A stretch of DNA of 63,798 nt, filler included, from Folioceros fuciformis (Eukaryota): assembly GCA_049999805.1 (NCBI GenBank). It is 4 parts of 4 records of this genome, joined end to end, with 100 filler letters (N's around TTAATTAATTAA, not from the genome) between each part and the next. Parts side by side here need not be neighbours in the genome. Positions count along the whole stretch, not along the records: positions 1 to 9,762 come from JBNGIO010003074.1; positions 9,863 to 37,520 come from JBNGIO010003075.1; 2 more parts are not named here. One strand, written 5' to 3'. Shown here one piece after another: positions 1-11,698 of the stretch; positions within the stretch are counted from its first letter, which is position 1, and every line of letters begins with the position of its first letter. The notes under the pieces are model-generated. The model was not told the origin of the DNA. It searched no databases and worked only from the letters and a program-made list of their open reading frames with translations. Both the position numbers and the translations under genes were made by a program.

Positions 1-3000
1 GCTTGGGCAAAGCAGGACAAGAGAGCACGCTGCCTCATCATGTCTGCCCTGGACAGAAACATGATTCAACACACTCAAGGGCAGACAACCTCTGCTGCAG
101 TCTGGACGATGTTTAAGGACATGTTTGCAGCTAAGGATGGAATGTCACTTATAAATGCAACCAGACTACTCTATGGTCTTTGTATGAAAGACACTGACAG
201 CGTTGAGCATCATTTGCACAGGTTCCATACCTTTCATGCCAAGCTTTCCTCCTGTGGTGAGGATTTGACAGAGAAGCAAGCAGTGGTTATGCTCCTTACT
301 TCACTGCCCCAAAGCTACAGAGCTTTTGTTACTACCCAGACTTCCTTCACCAAGCAAGCCGGAGCAAATGTGACATTATCACAAGTGGTGAGTGCACTTC
401 TCGAAGAAGAATCCAGTAGAATTGCAACTGGACGGGGTCAACAACATACCTCACAAGTCCTCTATACTTAGCTTGGACGAGGTAGAGGGCATGGCCGTGG
501 ATGGGGGAGACCCTATATAGTCCCATCATCTTTTTACACTGGTCTACAGAAGAAGGGTACGTGTCACTGGTGCCGTATTCCTGGACATTTCGAAAATGAA
601 TGTCGTAAGAAGCGGGCTGGTGAGCCCCAACGTGAAGCACCACCTGGTGCTGAGACACATATAGTGACTCGAGGACAGACCAACGCAACACAAACTGCCA
701 ACTAGCCACCCACCATCCTTGCAGTATGCTTATCTCTCACACGAGCTGACCCTAATATGTGGTTCCTGGATTCAGGAGCCACACATCACATCTTTCAATC
801 AAAGGACAAATTCGTCACTTACAAGCAAGCACCCACCAGTCAATTTGTCTTGCTTGGCGATGATAGTGGTCTGGCTATTGCTGGCTATGGGGATGTGTCT
901 TTCCAACTCAATGGCAGAGCAAAGATTCGACTGTCGGGAGTTCTCCATGTACCTAGCATGACGAAGAACCTATTATCAGTGAGGAAGCTTGTAACAGACC
1001 ACGATCTACATGTTTTTTTTTCACCAACTGGCTGCCTGGTAACATCAGCAAAGGATCATTCTGTTATCTTAGGAGAGGGAATCATTTACAATGATTTGTA
1101 CCAATTTGATACAATAGCGGCACATCCTCGTGGACTAGTGATTGATGGAAAACCAGATGTCAATGCCAGAACTATATAAAGACCCACTTGCCTTTAAAGT
1201 TCAGGATCACTTGTTTTGTGAAGACTGCCAAGTGGGTAAAATGGCACAGAAGCCATACAATGATCCAGAGCCCACAAAAGCTATTGGGTTGTTAGATGTT
1301 GTGCTATCTGACATCAGTGGCCCGATGTCGACAGCTTCCTTTTGTGGTGCCACATATTTCTTATTGTTCCTCAATGAATGGAGTCATTATTGTTGTTTGT
1401 ATTTCCTGCATCATCGCCATCAAACTTATAAGAAATTCCTGGAGTACGTGCAAATGGCAAAAAACAGAAGGGTATACTCCACCAGCTGACTGTTCCCTAT
1501 CATCCTGTGCAGAACTCATATGCAGAAAGATACAATCGAACATTGCAAGAACGTTGTCGAGCTACTCTCTCGTCAGCTGGGCTTACTCGAGGGTATTGGG
1601 CTAAGGTTGTAGCAGTTGTCAATTATGTACAGAATAGACTTCCTGTCAAGCCATTTTTCAGTTATACACCATTTGAGCGTTGGTGTGGCCATAAACCCAG
1701 AATAGGGCATCTTCGAATTTTTGGTGCAGCTGCATACGCATACATTCCTGCGGACAAGCGTGGTAAGATGGACAGTAGGGCTACTAAGCATGTATTTGTT
1801 GGTTATTCTGAGCAATTGAAAGGCTATAAGTTATATAATCCACACACAAGACAACTGACCTTGGCTCGAAGTGTTAGTTTCAACGAAAACTTTATCATCT
1901 CCTCTCATCTACATAATGTCACAAGCCACACGCCTTTATCAGAACCCTCTATATATGGGCATACACCACAGCTACCATTTACAGATGATGAGATTGACAC
2001 TGACATTTCTGATTTTCCTTCTGATTTCTTTGGTTCGCCACCACAACTTCAAGTACCTGTCCAGCAAGCTTCAATGAATGCACCAATTGTACTTGACCCT
2101 GTACAGTTAGATGATGCTCCTCCAATTGCAGAGTTAGATCTTCCTGTTCCAGATCCAACTGAATTCGATGTGGATCGAGACCCTCCAGCTGTACAACAGA
2201 ACCTTATTTTGCCACGTAGATCAGCACGCATTCACCATCCTAGATCTGAATGGTTAGAAAAACCCTATGGACCTGGTGACACCTTAGTTTAACACCAATC
2301 TTACCAGCTGACCCATTACCTCGATCCGCTCTAGCAGCTCTTGCCCATACATCAGCCTCCACCATTCTTGATCCACCTGATACACCACTTACATATAAGG
2401 AAGCTTTCTCTGGTCCCTATAAAGCAGAATGGCATAAGGCCATTGATTCTGAGTATAACAGCCTCATTGAAAACAAAACATGGGAGCTAGTAACTTTACC
2501 TCCAGACAAATGAGCTATTACATCCAAATGGGTATTTAAATTAAAGTTGCATCCAGATGGTTTTGTTGCCCGATTCAAAGCCCGCATGGTTGCAAGGGGT
2601 TATACTCAAGTGCATGGTTTGGATTACAACAAGACATTTAGTCCCGATGTGAAGCCAACTTCCATGAGAATTTTGCTGTGTTATGCTGTGAAGCATCAAC
2701 TCCTTGTCCATCAAATGGACATCAAGACCGCTTTCTTGAACGGTCCTCTCGATAAGGTTATCTTTATGCATCAGCCCGAGGGCTATGTCCGTGACCTTTC
2801 AAAGGTATGCAAGATGTTAAAATCTATTTATGGACTAAAACAATCTGCTAGAATCTGGAATACTAGGGCTACAACCAAATTGCGGAAGCTGGGATTCACA
2901 TCGTTTACAGCAAATTGCAGTGTTTGTCAAAATTTAACCTCACCGACTTGCATCCTCTCACAACTCCCATAGCCTCTGCTGACAAGTTGTCAATAGAAGA

Positions 3001-3760
3001 CTGTCCTACAACACCAACAGAGACGACAGAAATGGCACAAGTTCCTTATCGAGAAGCTGTCGGGAGGTTGTTGTACCTTGCTAGCTGGACACGTCCTGAC
3101 ATTTCTTAGGCTGTAGTGGTTGTATCACGTTTCCTTGCAAATCCTGGTAAGAAGCATTGGACGGCAGTCAAACGAATTCTATGATACTTGAAGGGAACCC
3201 AAGATTATTTCATACAGTACACAGCAGCAGGCACTGCTACCCTTACCTCTTATTCAGATGGTGATTGGGCAGGCGACATTGACTCCCGTAAATCCATTGC
3301 TGCATATTGTTTGCTACTGTGTGGCTCTGCTATCAGCTGGCAGTCGAAGAAACTGACCACATTGAGTCTCTCGTCTACCGAGGCCGAGTATGGTGCATTA
3401 TCCCTAGCTGCATGCAAGATTATCTGGGTTAGACAATTCCTTGAGGGCATACACTGGCAGCAACCCTCAGCAACATTTCTGAGATGTGACAACCAGTCTG
3501 CGATTGCCTTAATAGCGAATCCTATCCTGCATGCTCGATCTAAACATATCAAGATATAGTTTCATTTTATTTGTCAAGCAGTGGAGACAGGGGTTATACA
3601 GCTGCAATATGTGCATACATCAGATAACGTGGCCGACATGCTTACCAAAGGTCTCCCTAAGACAACACACGAGCAACACAGATTTTCCTTAGGACTAACA
3701 GGTTCAGCTACTTATCTCAAACAACAACCACACACATGCCCAGCTGAGAAGGAGTGTGGG
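1..3760 (+). mobile_element. Decayed Ty1/copia LTR retrotransposon internal region (gag-PR-INT-RT-RNase H), 5' end outside window
   Basis: Domains occur in copia order: gag-like ORF 40-471, CHWCRIPGHFENEC zinc knuckle (~562-603), protease WFLDSGATHH (757-), integrase GLLDVVLSDISGPM/AERYNRTL (1142-2292), RT ARFKARMVARG/HQMDIKTAFLNG/KSIYGLKQSAR (2547-), RNase H YSDGDWAGD/SSTEAEY/CDNQSAI/NVADMLTK (3188-3763). Many in-frame stops and frameshifts. Confidence 0.97.
3746..3760 (+). other. Polypurine tract and start of the copia 3' LTR
   Basis: GAGAAGGAG immediately followed by TGTGGG at 3755, just after RNase H. The matching LTR end was not found. Confidence 0.65.
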
Positions 3761-3931
3761 TGAGCTGCAACTGTAGCTATGTATTCGCAGTTGCGTTAAG
3801 AGTGTCTCAAAGCTCAATTCCTGCGTGTCATGCACAAGGCGATATCTTAAGCCTGACCAGCACCCTATACAAGCTGTTAGTCCTGGATAAAGCATCAAGG
3901 TAACCTAAATAGGACCAATAGACTTCATGCA

Positions 3932-4062
3932 TCAGATAACCAATATCAACCATAGATACCAACCGGATAAGGTTGCGATTGGTTATCCGATAACCAACCG
4001 AGATAACCAACCGAGATAACCAACCATTGCGCCTCAGGCTGATTCTAACCGGATAAGGTTCC
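3932..4062. repeat. Cluster of GATAACCAACC(GA) short repeats with an internal palindrome
   Basis: GATAACCAACCGA repeated with 13-bp period around 3989-4025. Perfect inverted repeat TTGGTTATC-C-GATAACCAA at 3979-3997. AACCGGATAAGGTT occurs at ~3961 and ~4047. Confidence 0.8.
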
Positions 4063-4955
4063 GAGTTAGGTCTGAGGGGGCGTATTGGAATAGTATTTAA
4101 ATGGCAGACACTAACTCGTTATTACCAAACGGTAAAAAGGGTTAGAATAACCATTCGTTAGTATAATTATATACGTTAGGTTAAAACGGTTACAAAATAC
4201 ACTTTTAATGTTTTTTGTTTCTTTTTGATACACTCTTTAAGTCGTTACCCTCTTGGCGAGTCTCTCCGGTGCTCGTGCGCTCATGGTGCTTGCTACAATC
4301 TAATCTACATGATGCAGTAGATCACTCCAATACATTAATGGGCTTGACCTGCACTAGAACATTATACACTTGTTCCTTCCAGAACGGGAAGTTAGTACCA
4401 TCTAACTTCTCAATATTGAACATGACGTTTTCTGAGGACATCATGATTCAGATTCGATGCAAATCAAACTAAAGGCCAGTTAGAAACGGTCGGAATGTAA
4501 TGTAGATTTTGATAGTTACCCTCTCACCTCGTTCCAAATCGGTCTCTTCGTTCTTCATCACTAGGTAGCCAGACCGTTCGCTCCTCCACGCATGTATGTC
4601 CTAATCTCTTCCTCAATCATTTCCTTCAGCTCCACCTATAAATGATATGCCCTAGGTCTCATTCGAAGAAACCATTGATAACAACCAGTGGCTGTTAGGA
4701 TGTGCAGCCAATAATTCCTGCCCCTTCCTGTCCCAACCACCATATACATATTTAAAGTGAGCACCCGCTCACCATGCAAGTAGAAGCCAGGGACATGAGC
4801 ATCTTCATCTCTATGCCACAGCACAATATGCCCTTCTGCTAAAGAGGTCCTTACCCTCTCCCCCCGTTGATAGTCCTGGGCTAACTGCCTCTTGAATTCC
4901 AAGGGGGTTGCACCTCCCTTTGCTGCACTTCTGCTAGTGGCTGGCTCCACCACTT

Positions 4956-5239
4956 TGTAGGGTTATTAAAGCCTAATGTGCTTAGACTATTGTGTTTAGT
5001 CTAATATTAGTGTCTAATTAAGTATAATTTGTTTATATTAGCTTAAGCTAATATGTAGGAAGCTTCTTGCATAGCTTCCTATGCGCTTCTTGTGAAGCTT
5101 CCTTGGGAGCTCTTCTAGAGCGTATAAATACCCCTTTGAGCTCCCTTGCAATTGAGACATTGAGAGTGTGAGACCTCTCTTTCTCCTCTCCTCTTCCACC
5201 ATGTGGCTCCTCTAGCGATCCTTCAACTAGTATTAGAGC
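4956..5239 (+). mobile_element. 5' LTR (~270 bp) plus degenerate tRNA-iMet primer-binding site of a second LTR element
   Basis: TGTAGG...CCTTCA termini (4956-5225), internal TATAAATA at ~5123, then AC-TAGTATTAGAGC (5228-5239), which is TGGTATCAGAGC with two transitions. No intact gag follows. Confidence 0.65.
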
Positions 5240-5749
5240 GTGGATTGGAAGTAAGATGGTGATGTCCATGGGTGCTGCGGACAAGGTGCGCAAGGCCATG
5301 AGGAGGGCACAGGAGTGAGTGAAGGCAGCATCTCGGGGGCCGTCTAACACCACTCTGCTGCCCGGGGTGGAGGAGGCTCCAACCCCGCTGTGCCGCGGCA
5401 GCACGGAGTGGGTGCCGGAGTGGGAGCCAGGCATCGGGAGATGCCGCCACGCCACCCCACAGCGCAAGGTGCTACCCCAGCCGAGAGCGCCAGGCCCTGC
5501 CCCTAATTGGGGTGCAGGGGGCGCCAGGAAGTGGGCGCCGGGCTGCGGGCGCCAATCACTGAGGTCTGGCACCGCCAAGCCGACGAGCGCCAAGGTGGCT
5601 AGGCCGTCGAGCCACGGGGCGCCTGACTCCGGGCGCTAGGGTGCGGCGAGGCCGCAGGGTGCCACTGGACGCGGACGCCGCGAGCGCCTAAGCGTTAATC
5701 TAACCCGCAACAGTCCCTCTTAACCTACCTAAGGTCTTAACGAATCGCA

Positions 5750-8150
5750 CGTACCACACATGCTACTATAATTTCGGAAACACCTAATAAGCTTCATGCC
5801 TTTAGCTCAAAGACCATAAGGACATCTTAGCACATGCCTCATCAATGCCAAAAGCGCCCAACACAACTCGTTCCATCAATTTAGAAACAAAAGCTCATGC
5901 TAGAGCATGCCAACATAACGTCTAAGGAGCACCACGAACCTCGTGCTGACGATCTACGTTCTACAACGCAGATGGAGACAGTCGTCCTCAAGCTCTTAAA
6001 CCTGCTTATCACCGGCCTCGCTGCAACAATGCTTTTGATCTCAATCGCTTTCGAGGAGAGAATGAAACACACACAACCAACCCTCAGACTCTCCAGTGTC
6101 ATGACTTTGAAAGTCTACTGGAATGCTATGTCTGTGTGAACTTTCTGTGCAAATCGATATCGTGCAAGCTATTAAGTTAAGAAGAGCATGCGAGCAGTAA
6201 AGAAGAGGTCGATGCGTTTTGACTACAGAATTAGCTAGTAAATGAAAAGTTATTGCAAGAGAACAGTTGACGACCTCAAGTTATTTTGGTGGTTAACTTT
6301 GTGGGCAATTTGTGTCATTTCAAGGGACTTATTCAAGCAGTTAGTGACCAAATTTTGATAGTATATAGGTGCTGGGGAAGAATGAGTGAGCATTCTTTTG
6401 ATAGTTTTCTTAAAAAGCTTAGAGTGTAAGCAATGAACGATGTGCTCGTTACGATGTGGCTTGTAGCGAACTGAACAATTGAATCAAAGCTTTTGTGTTG
6501 CGAATTCACGTTTACATGTTTTATTACACAAGAACGTTGTAATGGCCTAACTTAGAGCATGGTCGGATTGACATCTTAAAACTTGTCACTATCAAAAGAA
6601 TCACTGGAATTTCACACTTAGCTAGCATTCACAAGGGGAAGATAGTGTCAAGTTCGTGGGCCATAAGTGTTAAGCTGGGAGATGGCGTTCGGTTTTAGGA
6701 GTTAAGGAGGTGCCATGAGAATAGTGCAGAGTGTTTGGGTGACAATTTTGGAGTGTTACTAAAGACATCTTTTTCAAAGCTCAAGGCAAATGGGTGGTGA
6801 TTTCTTGTGAATAACTTGTGGGTAGACTTTAGTAGCCTTGTTATTTTTCCTTCAATGTGTGGGTTGGGAGATGCAAGAGCTTGGGAAAGAGTTTGTTGAT
6901 GTTTTGTTGTTTGTTTTAAAAGTTTCCGTACAATGGAACAATGGTGGGCACGCTTAGGATGAGAAGTTGTCAAGTACTACATAGAGTGTCAAAATAAGGT
7001 GAGCATAGAGAGAGTAGGACCTAGGGGTTTGAGTACTGTAGTGGCTTGAAGTTTTGGTGAAAGTTGTAAGAGTCATGAGTGGGACAATAGTGGAATTTTA
7101 AGTTGAGAGAAGAGTGTGAATTAAGAGGAGAGAGATGGGAAGGATATGTGTATCAAAGAGGGAATTTAAGGCAGCGGGTTAGGAGAAGGCATGGATAGAA
7201 TTGAAGAGAAGTTTGAGGGGCGAGCGTTGTGGGAGCAAGAACAGTCATGGCGGGCAAGTAGAAGGAGCATGCAAGCAGGTCTGGGGCTGCTAGGGCGCAC
7301 ACAAAGAAGATTGCCAAAGATGGCTTTAAGAACTCGTCGGCGCGCAAGATTACGAAAGGGCAACTTCTGCTGCAGCTTCAAGAGCAAGCGGCTGAGTTGG
7401 AGAGATTGCGGGGAGGAGGATTGAGCCTTGGTTTGGAAAGGCTGAAGAAGGCGATCGTCAGTGTCTGCAGGCCTCCCGTGTTGCCTCCTCCTCTAGGTCT
7501 TCCACTTGTGCGCGATGGAGGAGTGGAGGAAAGGTCGGACCAAGAAAGGGTGGGAGGTAAGGACTTGACAGAAGATGACGAAGGGAGATGAGGCAAAGTG
7601 GTACAAGGGTTGTCTATAGGGAGCACTCCAGCAGCGTCTGACACGAGCGGGAAGAAGGACATAATTGAGGAAGTGGTAGGTGGAGCCGCATCGAGCTCGA
7701 CTAGTGCTGGAGAACAGCTGGGTTTGCCGCTCGTGTGTCAGCAGCATGCAGGGCAGGGATTCAGGCTACATGTTCGCCAGCAAAGAATGGTGCACAAGGA
7801 GATAGTGCTAGAGTGCTCTCGGCCCAGGTGGAAGAGCCAAAAGCGGTGATATGTGAAACAAAGAATCAGCAAATAGCGGAGGCGGCCGGTGTTGCAAGAG
7901 GAAGTGTGCCTGCAGAATTGGTGGCGATAGAGGGAGAGTGTGAATGTTGGGCTTGTGGGAGAAAAGAAGGATGGGCCCAACGAGCCTGTGGAGGAGAGAG
8001 AGGCAGTGGTGAGCGTCGATGCCGGAGCAAAAACGGGAGTTGAGTCGCGCACGGGGAAGGGTGAAGGAGGATGTGGAGTAAAATGTTGTGTCCGAGGACA
8101 CCGCGAGGCACACACAAACCCTCTATGTCGTTGTAGCCATGGGATTCGAT
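5750..8150 (-). mobile_element. Heavily decayed transposon-like coding remnant, possibly a Penelope-like retroelement
   Basis: Strong strand asymmetry (minus strand C-rich) and broken overlapping minus-strand ORFs. Hand translation gives weak ordered fragments YSHG(H)LL, ISQLNTYGPRT (~6650-6685) and FPSTYILSKF (~6350-6380), reminiscent of the N-terminal part of PLE RTs. No YxDD seen. Confidence 0.3.
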
Positions 8151-8866
8151 CCCAAGGGAATGATTTGTGCCAAGTAACACAAGTTTCTTCTAATACTGAC
8201 TCTTGCCTAGGCCAGGCCTTATCTACGACCAGTTCTACTATCGACTACGCCAACCACTACCCCTCAATTAGCCTAACTACCATGTGTCCTACTTTACGAC
8301 ACAGGTCTCTACACAATGCCAGTGATCGTGGTCTCCACGACCACTATTAGCTTCCATGACCGTGGTGGGTCCCACCCCAAAAACTTTAACTTCCCGGCGC
8401 ATGCGCCGCCGCGGGTTCCCACTGCAGGTTTCTGCTCCGGGCTTCCAGACTCACAAGGTTGGTTTTGTTGGGTGTTTCGCACACCTATGGGCACCACTCC
8501 CTAGGGAAGCAGGGCACCGTGGTCGGCTCTCTTCCCCATGCGCCTGGGCACCCCCACTCACACGCACTCACACGCACTCACACGCACACACCTTCTAGTG
8601 GCGCTGCAGATCTTCCGCGAACCTTACCCCAATCCTTTACAATCCTTTACCAGCTTCAGTCAGGCTCAACCATCGTTCACATACACACTTCAGGATTTCT
8701 CAGAAATCCTCTAGGAATCTCATCCAGGCTCCCACACACTTTCTCAAGCACCTCACCGTTACTCAGCGATTTTGTTCCTCCCATGCCCAGCAACCCGTGC
8801 CACAACCCCAGCAGTCACCCAGGACCCCGCGCCCTCTCAACTCACTCCCCCGCAATTAGTGGTTCA

Positions 8867-9323
8867 GGGAATAAGGGAGGAAGAGTTTCTCCCTCCACTC
8901 CGCGCATCGGGCGGATTCGTCCCCCTCTCCTCAGCTTGTGGCCAGCCAACCTCCCTCGTACGCATTCACTCCTTTTCTTCTTACCCACTCACTCACTCAA
9001 TCTCCGTCCCCACACTCTCGTCACTCCGTCACTTCACACAAGCTTCTCACCAGCAGATTTGAAACGCAGCCAAAAGAACAGGGTATAAGGGAAGGGGGTG
9101 ATCCTCTTCCACTCCGCACACTGGCAGATTTGTCCCCCTCACCTTAGCTACAATCCACAAACAGTCGTTTAAGGAATAAGGGAAGGAGAGTCCCTCCTTC
9201 CACTCCTCGCGACTGGGTGATTCGTCCCCCTCACTTCCCACTCTGGAGCACAATGAACGGTTCGGGGAATGAGGGAAGGTGACCTTCCACTCAGCAGAGG
9301 ATCTGCTGATTCGTCCCCCTCAC
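8867..9323. repeat. Four dispersed copies of a ~60-nt structured (three-way junction) motif
   Basis: Copies at ~8867-8928, 9081-9141, 9172-9234 and 9264-9323. Consensus GGGA-ATAAG-[GGARG..hairpin..CYTCC]-AC-[TC..hairpin..GA]-TTCG-TCCCCCTCAC. Confidence 0.85.
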
Positions 9324-9762
9324 CACCCGTTGCAAAGCAAAGAACTCTCGACTTCTCCTTAGGAGCGTCGCGCATACACTGCCACCCAGACCTCTTCTAT
9401 CCATTCGTGGACAATGCGGGGACCTTGCCTGGAACGAGTCACAGATTTTTTGCTGCTTAGTGAGGCGCCAACAAGCCTCTTTGTACACATGATGGGCGGG
9501 ATCGCAGCCGCCATTAAGTTCAGTCTTTAGGCAGTGAGGCGCTCTTAATTATGAGCAGCATTAGGTCCAAGAAAGCATCTTCACCAGATCTTACTAAATG
9601 TTATTCTAAGATGCAATGAATTCTAGCCTATCCTATTGCCGTGCTCGCCTCCTATCCGGCCTAATGGGTGAATGGGTGTTTTATCATTACTTAAGTTCTA
9701 GTTATTATCAAGCAGCATATATAGTATGAAGTGGGTTGTAGGTTATAAACATTCACTTACCT

Positions 9763-9862
9763 NNNNNNNNNNNNNNNNNNNNNNNNNNNNNNNNNNNNNN
9801 NNNNNNTTAATTAATTAANNNNNNNNNNNNNNNNNNNNNNNNNNNNNNNNNNNNNNNNNNNN
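9763..9862. other. Artificial contig-joining linker
   Basis: 44 N + TTAATTAATTAA (stops in all six frames) + 44 N; identical to the other two gaps. Confidence 0.98.
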
Positions 9863-10128
9863 TATGCACCTTTCATACATGAATCAAATAGATTGATCGA
9901 TATGTGTACTTGAGTTGGCTCCTAGGGCGAAGAAGTGCTTTTCAACTCGTTCCTAGTACATCCTTGCATATGTTTATAGGCTAGACCCTAGAATTGCACT
10001 TTTTTCTTTACAGCTTGGCTCATGAACTTTGAGGAAAGTTTTTGAGGAAACCTAATCCCTAAAAACTATTTGTTGAGGTATGCCTCTCCTCTATTCGCTT
10101 AGCCTTTATATGTCTACATTATTTTTCA

Positions 10129-10294
10129 CAAACCAAAAGATATGCTTGTAAACTCATAATCTAGAAAAAACAACCTTTTAAGTTAATATAACAGACTAAA
10201 CTTCCTAAGTCAAACTAAAAGATATGCTTGTAAACCCATAATCTAGAAAAAACAACCTTTTAAGTTAATATAACAGACTAAACTTCCTAAGTCA
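10129..10294. repeat. 82-bp tandem duplication in AT-rich DNA
   Basis: AAAAGATATGCTTGTAAAC...AAACTTCCTAAGTCA occurs twice, nearly identical, with period 82. Confidence 0.9.
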
Positions 10295-11594
10295 GACCAA
10301 CTATTCTGCTTCATAATCCTTTTGGGTTAGCTATATCAAGCAGAGTAGACAATATTCATAAATCGGTTAATAGCCCTCATAGATCTTTAGAACATAAAAA
10401 CATTAGTTCAACAACTTCATACCTAATCAACCAATTTTAGCACAAAAATTCACTTCCATAAGGTATCCATTGACTAATTTGGCTCATATATCAGATCTTC
10501 AATGTGCTGCTCTTCATTCAAAATACTTGCAACACATAGTTTGCTTATAGATCTACTACCAAGTGCACATTGTCATACTGTAGATATACTATAGTAGACT
10601 GCACTATGTTCAGGGCTGTTATTAGAGTTAGGGTTGGTGCCAAAGATTTGGTTTTCCAATTACAAGGAGCATGGGGCTTGAACTAGTCTTGTTTAATTAT
10701 ATATTCTTTTTTTTTTAAAATCTAGTTTTAAGGAATAGTTGTCTTTAGGTTAGCATGCTAGGAGCAAGCAAGTTTTTGGAGCTAGTAGGTTTCAAAGCGA
10801 GCCATGGGATCTTATGTCTTACAACTTTTTGGTACTCTTTGCTTTAGGCATGGGTCTCATTTCTTCAGCTTCCAACAAGGACACCTTTTGTTTTGTGTGT
10901 GGAAAATAGTTCATATCTTGAGGTGTCATAAATCATATGTGTTTAACGTATAAGGACTTAAACTAAACTACACAGGAGGCCCAACTTCAACAAGCTTTTC
11001 TTTTTGGGTGGCCCCCATGATCGTAGGAACCAATGACCTGCATTCCCCTTCTTTGGAGTCCTAGCAATGGTTAACAACTCCATTTTGGTCATCTCCTAAC
11101 ATTTATTGGAGGTGTGTTTCCCAAAATTATACTTATTCTAACACCTCCCACAACGCCTTCACGACAACATTCACCTAGCTTATTGGCTTCCATAAGAGCA
11201 TCTAGTGCTTGATCCCCAAGATGAGGCTATTTGGACATCGTTCCTTTATCTTCTGACTGGGAAGGAAAAAAAAAACAATGCCTAACAAGGTCCACTTCTT
11301 AGGTTTCTTCCCACTGGGAAGAAAAAGGTTCTAATGAATCCATGAAGCAGCATGTTGTCCTTAACTCCTTGGGTTGGACAGTAGAGGGGAGTGCATTGGC
11401 CAAGATTCATAAGAACTCCCTTCTACAACCCTACACACACCCATAAGAACTCCCTTCTACAAGCTACACACACGTTTATCCCCCTTGCCATTATGATACA
11501 TGAGGCAATTAGTAAGGCGATTTCTCAGTTTTTGAAACCTTCGCAAAGATAGTTCACAACAAGAAAAATGAGCTTGGTCTTCCTCTTTCGTGCA

Positions 11595-11698
11595 TTGTAG
11601 TGTTCTTTTAGCCGAGGGTTTTGTAGTGTTCTTTTAGCCAAGGGTTTTGTAGTGTTCCTCTAGCCGAGGGTTTTGTAGTGTTCCTCTAGTCGAGGGTT
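11595..11698. repeat. 26-bp minisatellite, 4 copies
   Basis: TTGTAGTGTTCYTYTAGYCRAGGGTT x4 head-to-tail with no spacers. A separate ~34-bp duplication lies at ~11408-11473. Confidence 0.9.

Noticed and set aside
5048-5700. GC-rich ORFs after the second LTR as gag
   Set aside because: Low-complexity Pro/Gly/Arg translations with no gag or zinc-knuckle motif.
8130-8265. tRNA gene or SINE head on the minus strand (TGGCGTAGTCG...TGGGATCGAATCCCA)
   Set aside because: A T-arm-like hairpin is present, but the A-to-B box distance is ~90 nt and no cloverleaf can be drawn.
8867-9323. Canonical hammerhead, twister or HDV ribozyme; CRISPR array
   Set aside because: CUGANGA appears only beside copy 1 on the minus strand and is not conserved; GAAA and UH are absent; no twister or HDV pseudoknot partners were found; spacing is irregular. 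Kept as an unclassified motif.
9807-9818. TTAATTAATTAA as a biological palindrome or binding site
   Set aside because: It is centred identically in all three N-gaps and is an assembly linker.
11595-11698. 26-bp repeats as a CRISPR array
   Set aside because: The units are directly abutted with no unique spacers, there are no cas genes, and the context is eukaryotic.
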